Made by a program: the position numbers and the translations under genes | NCBI GenBank assembly: GCA_016618085.1 | Contig: JABLTG010000020.1 | Coordinates: 124,001-162,814, forward strand | DNA length: 38,814 nucleotides | Origin: Neovahlkampfia damariscottae | Taxonomy: Eukaryota | Direction: 5' to 3' | The notes under the pieces: generated by a model | Told to the model about the DNA's origin: nothing | Seen by the model: the letters and a program-made list of their open reading frames with translations, nothing else | Database searches by the model: none | In this document: piece after piece, positions 1 through 12,031 of the stretch | Layout: each line of letters opens with the position of its first letter | Numbering within the stretch: the stretch's first letter is position 1

Positions 1-2853
1 TTTTCTAAATCATCACCTTCAATTGCTTCAATTAATTTCAAAGTTGATTCTTTAACTTTTTGACCTAAAACAGATGTAAGTTTTGAACCATAATATTTTG
101 AATCTGCTTTGAATTTCTTTTTGACAGTAAAAAATAATGAACTCATAAACTAAAAAATATTAAAAAAAAAAAATATAAAAGTTTTTACAGATTTCATTGC
201 ATCTGAATATTCTTCTTTTGTATCTTCTAATAATTGATCTTTAATTTCTTTCATTTTTTGTTTAAACATTTCTTTCATTTGATTAATTTCATCTTCATTT
301 TCTTTTGTTAAAGTATCAATTTCATCATCTTTTTTTTTTGTAATTTCTGATAATTTTGTTTTGAATTGTTCTCTTAAATCTTCAATAGTATCATCTAAAT
401 CATTTTCTTCTTTTAAACTTTCAACTTTTTTCAAATATTGATCTTTTAAATTTTGAAAGTTTTCATCTGATTCTGTTGTCAATTTTGTAATTTCATTTGA
501 ATGAGATTCTTTAAGTTTTAAGAATTCTTTTTGATATGCTTTTTTTAAATTTTCAATTTCTTCTTGATGAATTTCTTTTAATTTTTCCATACCATCTTGA
601 TAAGATGAATTTAAAGATTTTGAATTCATTTTTTGTGTTGATTTTTCTTCTTGTAAATCTTTTTCTAAAATTTTAATTTCATTTTTTGATTCCGAAAGTA
701 AATTCTTTAATTTATCATTTTCAATTTTAAAATGATTTAATTGAACATTTAAACTTGTTTGATTTGATTTTATATCTTTTTCTTCACTTTTTAAAGATTC
801 ATTTTCTTGTCTTAATTTTAAAATTGTACTTTTTAAAACATCATCTTCATTGGCTGAATCTTGTGTCATTTTTTCAACTAATTTTTTCATTTTTTCTAAA
901 TCATTTGTTGAATTTAAATATTGATGATCTAATTTATCATATTTTAATTTTAATGTTGTATATTCATCTCTTTCATTATTAATAGATTCTTGTAATTCAA
1001 CAATTCTTTGATTTAATTTTGTTATTCTAATATTAGCATTTTCTAAATCTTTTTGAAGAAATTCATCAGTTGTATGATCTAATTTTTCAAGTGCTCTTTT
1101 ACGTAAAAATAAAATTTTTTCATTTAAATTATCAATAGTCTGTCTTTCATCTAATATTTCTTTACGAAGTGATTCATTTGTATCAACTAAATGTTGAACA
1201 TTTTGAAGTAAAATTGGTGCTGACATTAATCTTTCTTTTTTATCTCGATCATTAGTTTTCATTAATGTTGTAAAATCCATATTATCAATTTTATCAGAAA
1301 TTTCATTCATTTTTGACATTAATTCTCCAATTTCTTTAATGTTTGATTTGGTTTCAACAATTATTGGTTTTTCTTCTTTTATTTCTTCTTTTGATTCTTC
1401 TGTTTTATTTTTTTGAAGTAATTCAGTTAAATTTTGAACTTGTTTTTGTAACATATCTACTACTGATTGTTGATTTGAATTACCAAAAGATCCATTTTGT
1501 TGAGGAATATATTGAGTATTTTGATTGAAAGATTGATTCATTGGTGAATTTGATTGATTGATTTGTTGTTGATTCATTGAATTTTGATTAAATGATTGAT
1601 TCATTGGTTGTTGATTCACTTGTTGTTGTTGTTGTTGTTGTTGATTCAATTGATCAATTGGTTGTTCATGAAAATCTTGTTCATGAGGTTCAACAACATT
1701 AAAAATTGTTGGTGTTCCATGTTTTTGAATTCTTGACAAAAGCGTATTTTGTTGTGGTTGTTGTTGTTGTTGTGGAGGTAATTGTTGTTGTTCATAATCA
1801 GGTTGACTCTTTGGACTTTCTAAAAATGTTGGTTCCTTTGGAACTGAATTTTTTCTTGATGATTTAAATTTAATAACTTCAATTTGAAAACATAAAGTAC
1901 TGAATGGAGGAACAACTGGATTTCTTCCTGAACAAAAGAATTAAAATGAAAAATAAAACCTTCTTCTCCATAAGCTAAATGATTTGGAATAACAACAAAT
2001 CTTTTTCCACCTGTTTTCATTCCTAGAACACCTTCTTCCCATCCTTTTATCACAGCATGTTCACCAACAGTAAAAGTTAATGGTTTATTTGATTGTGCAT
2101 TGCTATCAATCATTTTTCCTAAAGAAGATATTGAGAAATATTCATTTATTTTTACCTAACTTTGGTAGTTGTCCTTGATCTGTTTGTAATAACCATCCAG
2201 TATAAAAAACTTGAACTTTATAAGAATTATTAATTGTTGATTTTCCTGTTCCTTCAACAATATCATTTGAAATAACATTCTTTCCATCTGAAAGTTTAAA
2301 TTTTGCAATAGTGACATTAAATGTAAACTTGAGTGCATCTTGATTTGTTTTAAATAAAACACTATAATATCTTTGTTTGTCATCATAAAAATAAACATAA
2401 TTATTTTGAACAGTAAAAGAATATTCTGGATAAATAGTTGAAGTACATAAAAACTCAGTTGAACTTTTATAACACAAAATGTGATAATGACTTGTTTGCA
2501 TTTTACCTATAATTGCAATTCCAATTTTTCCTTTTTGAAAATTTTAGTTTCCTTTTCTTTTCTACCTTTTCATTTTTTTTATGTGAAATATTTTTTTTTT
2601 TACCTTGAGGAATGTATTTGCCTTGTTCTAAGACATATAAATGACATGATGGATTTGCATGAAGAATTGAAGTTTCAGGTGTTTCTTGTTTCTTTGGTTT
2701 TTCTGGAATGTAAGCGAATGGATTTTTATCTGTTGTTTCTGTGGTGCTAAAAACATTTTGAAGTCTTCCACGACTGCAAAAAATTAGAATCAATAAAAAA
2801 TACCTTTTGTTTGTATCTAAACCAGAAAACAAGTCTTCTGAATCTGAGTCCAT
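1..2853 (-). CDS. FKBP15: FKBP15-like protein (WH1-like N-terminus, FKBP PPIase domain, Q-rich linker, long coiled coil); 3' end runs off the window
   Basis: Spliced via 5 GT-AG introns (2774-2803, 2532-2603, 2119-2155, 1928-1959, ~150-188). Gives YIPQGKIGIAIIG...FYDDKQRYYSVLF, the FKBP motif VIKGWEEGVLGMKTGGKRFVVIPNHLAYG...VPPFSTLCFQIEV, then the 529-aa coiled-coil ORF. Confidence 0.8.
1621..1643. repeat. (CAA)n trinucleotide run encoding poly-Gln in the FKBP15-like gene
   Basis: tgttgttgttgttgttgttgttg on the + strand. Confidence 0.9.
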
Positions 2854-2928
2854 TCTTCTATTCAGTTAACCAATAAAATTAGCTTCTAAAATTTAGGAAT
2901 AAAATAGTGGAAAGAAAAAAAAAAATTT

Positions 2929-4317
2929 TTATTTTTGTTTATAAAAACTATCCATTAAGTCATGAATTGGTGATTCCATTGAATTATTGTTTTGTTTTGG
3001 TGAAGATGATAAATCAACTTCAATTTCCATTTTATCAACTGATTTTGTTGTACCTGATTTGAAATGTTTGAGACTTTCAAAAGTTAATTTTCTTAAGCCT
3101 TTTTCTTCAACTTCATCTTCAAATGAAAAATCAAATTTTGAAGATTCAACGATATCATCTTCATCATAAAGCGAAGAGAAATATGGATGATTAAGAGCAT
3201 CATAAGCTGATATTCTTTTATTTGGATTTATGCATAACATTTTTTCTAGTAAGTCAATACCTTCTGGACTCGCATTTGGAAATACTTTTGCAAAATTTTT
3301 CTTTTGGGTAACAGGAAGTTTTGCAACAAAATCTAAACTTTTTTTAAATTTTCATTTAAAAATTACCAATTCCTTCTTGTGATGCAATTAAATCTTCTTT
3401 TTTTGGTGTTCCTACAAGTTCTAAAATTATTCTAACTTGATCAGCTGGATTCTTTCCTTTGAAAATTGGTTTTCGATAATATAATTCAGCAAACATACAT
3501 CCAACACTCCACATATCTACTTGAGGAGTAACAGTTGAATTCTTCAATAATAATTCAGGTGCGCGATACCAACGTCTTGAAAAGGTCAAAAAAAAATATA
3601 TAAATTTACGTTTGAACATAATTTGTTGACATTGTTGGATCTTCATCAAAATTTATTCCTCTTGCTAATCCAAAATCAATCATTTTTAATTCACAATTTG
3701 AATTCAATAAAATATTTTCAGGTTTCTTTGAAGTTTGTATTAATACAATTTATTATTTTTACCAAGTCACGATGAAGAATATCAGCTGAGTGTACAAATT
3801 GTAGAGCTAATAAAATTTGATAAACGAAATATTGAATATGTTGTTCCGATAATTTTTGTTTAGACTCCAAAATCTAAAAAGGTTAGAAATTAAAAAAAAA
3901 AATAAACATTTCTTAAATCTGTGTCCATTAATTCAAATATTAAATACACGTCTGTTAATTCTTCAACAGTAGGTGGACATACAACATCTATCAATCTTAT
4001 TATATTTCCATGTTCTTTTATATGTTCCAAAATCTATATGTGTGAAATTAAAAATAAGTTTATGAATGAACCTTAATTTCTCTTAAAATTCTTTTTTGCA
4101 CAGTTTCAGATCTACACTCTGAAATTGGATTACCGTTTTTATCAAGAACTGGAAAAACTCTGTAATTTTTTTTAACAGCTATTGGTTTATTTGTTTTTAA
4201 ATCAACACCTGAAGCTACTACAGCATAACTACCTTTTCCTCTGAATTCTGTTAATTTGTAATTCTTTGGTAAGTCAAATACTTCACCTTCAAGAATTTGT
4301 ACGTTTGATTGGCTCAT
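2929..4317 (-). CDS. Mitogen-activated protein kinase (CMGC group), TNY activation motif
   Basis: 5 introns. Motifs [67 protein letters not shown]. Confidence 0.95.
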
Positions 4318-4383
4318 CGACAGAACTGCATGTCATTGGTTGATTAAAAATGGATGGATTATTTGTGATTTAGTTAATTTTAT

Positions 4384-7300
4384 TTAAATTTTAATTTTTC
4401 TTTTCTTCTTTCCACCTTTTTTGAATAATTTTTTATCTTTTTCTTCTTGATCTAATTTCTTTTCAGCTTCTGAATCTTTTAAATAATGTCCTTTTGCTCT
4501 TTTATTTGATTTTGATTCTGATGCTAAAGAGACAATTCCTTGACTAACATCAATTCCAGCTGTATCTTGAATTCCAGTCATTTTAAATTTTTCAGAATTT
4601 TTTGCATCTTCAATAAATTTTTGAATTTTTTCTTTCTTTTTTGATTTTGGTTCATCATTATCATCTTCATTTTCAAGTTCATTCTTTTGATTTTTCTTTT
4701 CATTTGATTCTGAAAATGTTCTTTTTTTTGTTATTTTTTTTGTTGATTCTTCCAAAGGTGTTTCAAAAATATCTAAAATTTCAGGTGCAAATTGTTTTGT
4801 TGATTTTTCATCAAAATCATCTTCTAAATCTTCTAAAGTAACATTTCCTTTTGATTCAATTTTCTTTTCAACCACTTTTTTTGGTTTCTTTTCATAATTT
4901 TTTTGATATCTTAATTTATCAACATCTTGTAAATATTTAACAGTTTTTCTCATAATTTTATTGAAAAATGCTAAAACTTGATTTGATTGTAAATCAATCT
5001 TTTAAGGTAGAATTTAATAAATATATTAAAAAGTACTTACATTTAAATCATTTAAAGAATGATGTTGTAAACCAATTCCAACTAAAATTGCAGCTTGAAT
5101 AAATGAAATACTGAATGGTAACTTATTACTAAAATATAATTGTGCAATTATTGGTACTAATTCAATAATAACATGATAATCAATTAAATTTTTTGAATAA
5201 GAATTTAATCTTTTAAAATCATATTTTGAAAAATATAAATCTAATTCATAATGTGATAATTTTCTATCTGAAATATCTTGATCTTTCATTGGCTTAAAAT
5301 CTAAAAGTGATAAAACAAGTGATGGATCAAAATCTTTAAATTCAAATGATAATAAACTTAAAAATCTTTTATGAAAATCTTCTGTGAAAGATTTAACATA
5401 TAATTCAGTTTCTTCTTGTTGATCAATTGATTTTAATACAACACAAGTATGTTCACCTGTTAAATCATTCTTTTTTGAATAAAATTAGAAATAAAAAGTT
5501 CATACTGGTGTTAATCTAATATAGACTGGAAGAAAATCTGTTTTTTTCCAAAAGTTATAAAGATTTGAAGTTAATCCAAATGATACACCAATATAATTTA
5601 ATTTTTCAGGTTTTCTTTCACTAAGTGGAATTAATAAAGGTGGTAATTTCTCTCTTGGTCTTAATATTTCTTTTGCTAATTCATTATTTTCTGATTGTTT
5701 AAATGATTCTTTTTCAAAATTTTGTTCTTCTTTTTCTTCATCTAAATCAAACATTTTTCCTTCATAGTATTGTGTTAATAATTCAATAGAACGTGATCCA
5801 TAACCCATTTTTTGATAATCTGGATGTGTTGCAATTCTAACAACTCTTGCTCCTGATAAAGAACTAAATTTTGATTCTTGAAATTGACGTGCAATTAAAT
5901 ATGGAATTAAATCACCATCTGGACTTTTACCTTGTGCTAAATTAGAATTGATAATCTTTTCTGAAATTTTTCCTTCTAAAGCAACTTGAATAACACAAAA
6001 AATATCTGGTAAAGAATTCGAATTTTCATCAATTGGTCCTAATAAAACAAATAAATGATGAGAAGGAGCATCAGATAACATTTGTAAATCATTTGGTGTA
6101 TTTTTATAATGTGATGAAACATATAAAGACATCATATTCTATTTTAAATTATTTAGTATTCAAAATAAATAGTTACATGTAAAAATACTTCTGATGCTTC
6201 ATTATAAGAAAATAAAGTATCTCTATTGACATAATATAAACTACAATCTTGTGGATGTGGACAATTTGATGTAATCGTAGCAGCAGATGTTGCATCTAAA
6301 CATAATAAATCATGTAACCATTTTTCAATTCTATCATGCATTCCATATCTGATTGGTTCTTCTAATTTCACTTCAACTAATTTTCTTCCTTTTTCATTGG
6401 TTGTTTTTGCTGATTGACTGGAATTTTCTCTCAAATTTTTCATTAATTTTAAAGATAATGATCTTCCTGTTCCTTCATAACCATTAATAGTTGAAGACAT
6501 AAAAACTAAATAATTTCCTAATAATTTTTTAACGATTGGTAAAGGAATGGCAGCTGCTTCATCAATAATAACTAATTCAGCTTGTCCTAATTTTTGATAA
6601 TCATTTGGTTGAATATATTGAATAGTTTGACGATGTTCCTTAAAGATATTTACTCTAACAATTGCTTTCTTAAAATTTGGATTTGTAGATTGAACAATTT
6701 CATAATCAATTTGATCTTTATAACCCAATTTATCAAATCCTTTAAAAATGAATTCAAAAAGTGTTCCTAAATTCTCAGGTGAAGGTGATGTAACAAATAT
6801 ATTTGAATAACCAAATGCAATTGCACTTACAATAGCTAATCCAAGTGATGCTGATTTTCCTCTTCCTCTTGATGCAGTTAATGTTACTGTTGTTTGTAAT
6901 GATTTTTCAGAAATTGATTCAGAAAATTGTAAAAATGCTTTTCCTTGATCTAATGTTCTTGTTAATGAAATTAAAGGTCCAATTGGTTGTGAATTAATAA
7001 GACTTTCTTTTAATTTGATTAATTCTTTATCTTCATCTGTTAAAATATGATTATCTCCTCTTGAACCTTTATTATCTAATACAATAGGTTCTATTTTTTG
7101 TATTTTTGAAGAGAGTGGTAAAATATTTAATGTATCATCAACAACTAAACAATTTTGACATGTTGCTAAAGATAATAAAAATCTTTCATTAAATCTTCCA
7201 ACAATTTCACTTTGTGAATCATTTGTTCTGTATCTTGAATGAACATCCATTGCCATTGTATATAATTGTTTTAATGAATTCATTTCAGGTAATAAAAATA

Positions 7301-7891
7301 AAATAATACCACCACCTTCAACTGTTTCAATAGTTCTTGCTAAAATATTTGGTGTAATTCCTTCAAAATCCTTTTAAAATGTTATTTCATGAATTTCTTT
7401 TTTTTACTTGTAACACTAACATTCCATATGTCTGACCAAGTACATTTTGAGTTTCTTTGAAATAACAAAATCTAATATCAGTTGCACTTAAAAATAAATG
7501 AAATGGATCATTAAGTATTTCTTCTGTTTTTTCAGTTGCATCAGGATTTTGTTTCAATTTTTGTTTTGTTTTTTTTTTTAGTTGTTTGTATCTTGATCTA
7601 TCGTCTGTAGTGAAACCTAATTCTTTTTTGTAACACCATAAGATATTTGGTCGACTTTTAATTTGGGCTTTTGACAACATATAATGAAGATTTACAACTA
7701 AAAATATTTAGTTTTTTCTTTTCCTTAATACCTTGTTCTCTTGCTTTGGATCCAACAATCACAAACATTGATCTATGTCTTTCTTTGACACTGTTTTCAA
7801 CAAGTGTTTTAACTCTTGAATCAACCTATTTCAGTATTAAATTTTAATTCATTTCAGTTCAAACCTTTTTTTTTGTAGTTTGTTTGCTCAT
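4384..7891 (-). CDS. NAT10: RNA cytidine acetyltransferase NAT10/Kre33
   Basis: 6 introns. Motifs KKVDSRVKTLVEN, WCYKKELGF, LQDFEGITPNILARTIETVEGGG, TASRGRGKSA, IDEAAAIPLP, SHYKNTPNDLQ, RVVRIATHP. Confidence 0.97.
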
Positions 7892-8036
7892 CGACCAATC
7901 ATTGAACTTTGTTGGTGCATTTTATTTTGCAAAATCAAAGGTGAAAATTCTGTATTCGGATTTTATTTTCAATTTATTTAAATTTGAAAAAAAATAATAA
8001 AATTCTTGATGGTATGAATTTATTGGTTGATTTCAA

Positions 8037-8147
8037 ATGGAAGAAGAAAAAAAACAAGAACAAAAAAGCTGGTGGCAAGAAGTTTATGATTCTTTAATGG
8101 AATTTGTTGGTGCCTATAACGAAAGCTATGATCACAGTGAAGAATAA
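8037..8147 (+). CDS. Candidate 36-aa microprotein MEEEKKQEQKSWWQEVYDSLMEFVGAYNESYDHSEE
   Basis: ATG in AAAATGG context, ATTGG box at 8022-8026, host-like codon usage, divergent from NAT10. No homology recognised. Confidence 0.4.
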   Translation: MEEEKKQEQKSWWQEVYDSLMEFVGAYNESYDHSEE

Positions 8148-8283
8148 TTGATACTGAATTTGAAAATCAACAATGTACTAAAATGTTTTACTTTCATTTA
8201 ACATTTGTTAATTATTTGGTTGCCTACCCCTTTTCCAATAATTCAAATCAAAAAAACTATTTGAACAAAATAAGGTGTTAATT

Positions 8284-10079
8284 TTATTGTTGTTTTTGTT
8301 TTTTTGCACTTCTTTCATCTTCTTCAAGCATTAATTCATCTAAATTATAAAATCCGAAAGAATCTAATTCTTGATCAACTGAAAAGTTCAGATAATCCAT
8401 TTCCATAGGAGGTGTTGCTGTTCCTGTCATATGATCTGTTTCAGTAAATGTAAAAGTTGATGAAAGGTCAGTATCATCATCATATAAATCATTTGACAAA
8501 TCATATGTTGAATCTTCTGTTACAGTTGTATTACTTACAGTATTTGTTTGACTTGTTGTTTGACGCATACCTAATGGTAAAAATATATTGTTTGGAAATG
8601 TTCTTTGTTGATTTGTTTGAACAAATGGAAAATTTGAAGTTGGTGTTGTTGGTGTTGGTGTTGGTGTTGGTGTTGTAGGTGCACTTGTTTTATTAAAACT
8701 GTACAAATAAGGATATGATGAACTTTTTGGTTCTCTTGGTCTTTCTTTTTTTTTTTTTTCTTTCATTTTTGTTCCTTTCTTTTTATGATACATAATTGAG
8801 TTATAATGATTTTTAACTTGATTATCAGTTCTACCTGGTAATAGACTACTAATATCACACCATTTATTTCCTAATCTTTTTTGTGCATCAATTAAAATTT
8901 TTTCTTCTTCTTCTGAAAAAGGTTCTTTGTTCACACTTGGATCTAAATGGTTATACCACCTTTCACGACATTGTTTACCAATACGTCCAGGTAAATGATT
9001 TGCTATTAAAGTCCAATTTTCAGTTCCATATTTTTGAACTAATACTACAACAATTCCTGAAAAGATTATGTTTTAGAAATACAATGATATTTTACTGTCT
9101 TCCTCTTCTGTCCATGGTCCTTTGATCAAAGAAGGATTTAATACTTTTTGCCATCTATGAAGACATTGAATTGGTGTTCTACCTTCTAAACATTCTGATA
9201 CTTTTTTCCAATTCTTTGCTTGATTTTCTTTAACTGCTTTAATTAAAATCTCATCCTTTTTGAATCAAAATTAGAAACCGAAATGAAATTCCTACTTCTT
9301 CTTTTGTCCATCCACCTTTTGTTGATTTTCTAACAGCTCCAATTCTAAATATATGTTAGCTTTTCAATATTTTTTTACCTTCTATTTGGCTCTTCTGGAG
9401 CTGGTTTATTTTTGTTCAATCCAAAATGAGAAAATTGATCTCTCATTCTTTGTACAATATCCATTTCACTCTGTGGCCTTGGTAGTAAAGGTTTTCCAAA
9501 TGGTTCTAAAAAGGAATTTGTTTGTGTACTTGATCCTTTGAAGAGAGGCAATTTTGAATCAAGCATAAAACTTTGACTTTGTTTGATTGGAGACGATTTT
9601 GGAAGCTCTGTTGTACCTTTCAAATTTGTGTGTCCTGATTGTGTTTGTTGCTCTTGTTGTTGAATAACTGGTTCATGTTTTGGTTTGATGTTCAAACTGG
9701 CATTAAAATCTTTTTGAAACTTTTCGAAATCTTTTGAGAACTTTTCAAATATAGCCTTAGGTGTTTGTTGAGTTGAAGAAGTAGAATTACTACTTGGTTG
9801 TTTTTGAAAAAGCTGGGCGAACTTTACGTTTTTTGATTCTTGTCCATCTCCTTGTTTTGAAACTTCAAACAATTTTTCAAAGAAATTGTTGATATTAATA
9901 TTCTGACTTGTATCAGGTGTATTTTCTACAACTTCATCCATATGATCACTACCTTTGGATTGACTTTCTGGCTCTTTTTTATGTTCAGTTTTTTTGCCAA
10001 AAATCTCTTCAAAGTTTTTACGAAAGTTGTTGTCAATATTCAAGAAATTTTTTGGAGCTGAATTGTTGTGGTTTGACAT
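8284..10079 (-). CDS. R1R2R3 (3R) MYB transcription factor
   Basis: ORF 9375-10079 is exon 1. Three introns join [13 protein letters not shown]...[24 protein letters not shown]...[17 protein letters not shown]...[25 protein letters not shown]. Confidence 0.93.
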
Positions 10080-10745
10080 TTTTTCACCAAGCGGTCAACT
10101 GTCCAATGAATGAAATTGAAACTTTTTTATTGGACAATTTTCCAAAAATAAATCGAAAAAATTATATTTTTTTTGAATTTTATTGAAATTTTTTTTGAAT
10201 TTTAAATGACAAATTTGGCCAATCAAAAGAATAACAAATTATCCGAAAACTTTTCTGCGATTGGAGAAAAAAAAAGATTTATTTTTTGATAAAAAATGAT
10301 TCAAATAAAATTTCTTTGATCAAATTGTCAATATAATCCTCTTGGTCTTTGACACTTTTAGCAATGGTGGTGACTAGTGAAGATCATTCAATCCCTCTCT
10401 TCTCAAAAACTTAACAATTTTCTGTTTATAAAGTAGAAACGAAAATGACCAGTACCTCATGCCATGCACATATGAAGAACATTGGATCAAAAACCAAGGA
10501 ATCTATTATCCAATTCTTTGGACTACAGGATCAGATGGTAGGCAAAAATGCTACGTCTCTGAGTAGTGCTTACTGCAACACAAATTTTTCTTCGTTTCTG
10601 ATTGGCATTCTTCTTACAGGTGTCGTCATGTATTATCTTTCGCTTCAAAGTCCAATTGAAACTAAAAGAACCTTTAAAATTAATATTTTTTTTACTTCAG
10701 TAACATTGGTCAATTCATTTTCAATTCGTTCAAATTTGTGAAAGA

Positions 10746-11083
10746 CTAGAACATAAAAAAATCAGAATTTACTGAAATTTGTTCTTCTTCATTATATCCA
10801 ATTTTAATTTTTCCTTCATCCAATATTTCAGAGCATATAAATTTATCAAATTTTCTTCATAATAAAAATTTAAACTATTATTTGTTTGATTCACATGATA
10901 GTTTATTATTTTCTTCATAGTTTAAATTTAAATTATGAAGAAAATTATCTAAAGAACCTGAGGAACCTATTTTTGAAGTAAAGTGATAATTTTTACATTT
11001 TGTGTTCAAAGGATAAGTGAACAAAAATTTGAACAACAAGCAAAATCAAAGTTGTGTGTTTCATCTGTGAAACCGTTGATCAT
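10746..11083 (-). pseudogene. Decayed ORF of unknown origin
   Basis: TACCAATCAAAATG start like intact genes, then a frameshift near 11010 and several in-frame stops in coding-like sequence (...ICSEILDEGKIKIGYNEEEQ...). Confidence 0.35.
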
Positions 11084-11191
11084 TTTGATTGGTAGAAAAA
11101 ATGATTGTTTTTAATTTAAAAAAATGAACAAATTGACAAATTTTATTAACCTTTCTGAGAAGAAGTCTTTGAGTACAAGTTGAATAAAGGT

Positions 11192-12031
11192 TTATTTTGT
11201 ATAAAAACCAAAAACTAAAACAATTGGTCGATTAGACTGTTGGTTCAAAAAAACAAGAGAAACAGAATTAGAAATTTCTTCTATATGTGGCAATACAAAG
11301 TTATCACAATGTTTCAATTGCATATTATACCACCTGCCATCTATACAAACTCTATCAATATTTCCCCTTTCTCCATCTATGTTGTAGTTTGGTGCAGTCT
11401 AAATTGGTGTATTAAAACATGAATCATCACAATAAATCTCTTGTATTACCATACTTTTTAACCATTTTTCTGTCTGATCATCAATATTCTTTATACCTTG
11501 TTCATCAATTTTGTATTGACAAATCCACATTGGTGGAATATTCTTCAGATGATCAGGTTCATTAAGAATAAAAATTTCTGTTGGACTCTTTAAAATTGAT
11601 TGACCTGCTGTCTTTAAATTGTTTTGAAAATTGATCTTATTATTCATGTTCATTTCTTCTGATTCTGTATAATCTATATTATTTGAATTGGAGATGAATA
11701 AATTATCTGATATCGAAAATGCTTGTTCTGAAAATATTGATTCATCCTCTTCTGATTCATCGATCTCCATATTCATAAATTCTTTAAATAAATAATCATT
11801 TTCATCATCATCGTCTTCAACAGGAATGAATGGATCTGTATCATTCATATCCTCAACTGAATAAATGCCATACTTTAATTTTTTAAAATCTCAAATTAAT
11901 TTAAGAATGATTTTATCTTGACCAGTTAGGTTATTAAAATGTGCTTCATTTTCATTATATAACATTTTAATTCTCTCTAATTCTTTAATACAAAGTTGAT
12001 CCGAAGCCACTTTTCCAGCTTCGAAGAGCGT
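11192..12031 (-). pseudogene. Pseudogene of an acidic hypothetical protein (~280 codons)
   Basis: ORF 11399-11848 extends in the same frame upstream through one TGA (~11891) to ACG at 12031, just after a CCAAT box. It extends downstream through TAG 11399 for ~68 more codons (TAPNYNIDGERGNIDRVCIDGRWY...). Confidence 0.55.

Noticed and set aside
8641..8676. (ggtgtt)n repeat as telomere-like sequence
   Set aside because: It encodes the TPTPTP low-complexity stretch of the MYB protein
10445..10741. 98-aa + strand ORF as a gene
   Set aside because: No recognisable motif, and an overlapping broken frame looks equally protein-like; treated as part of the decayed island
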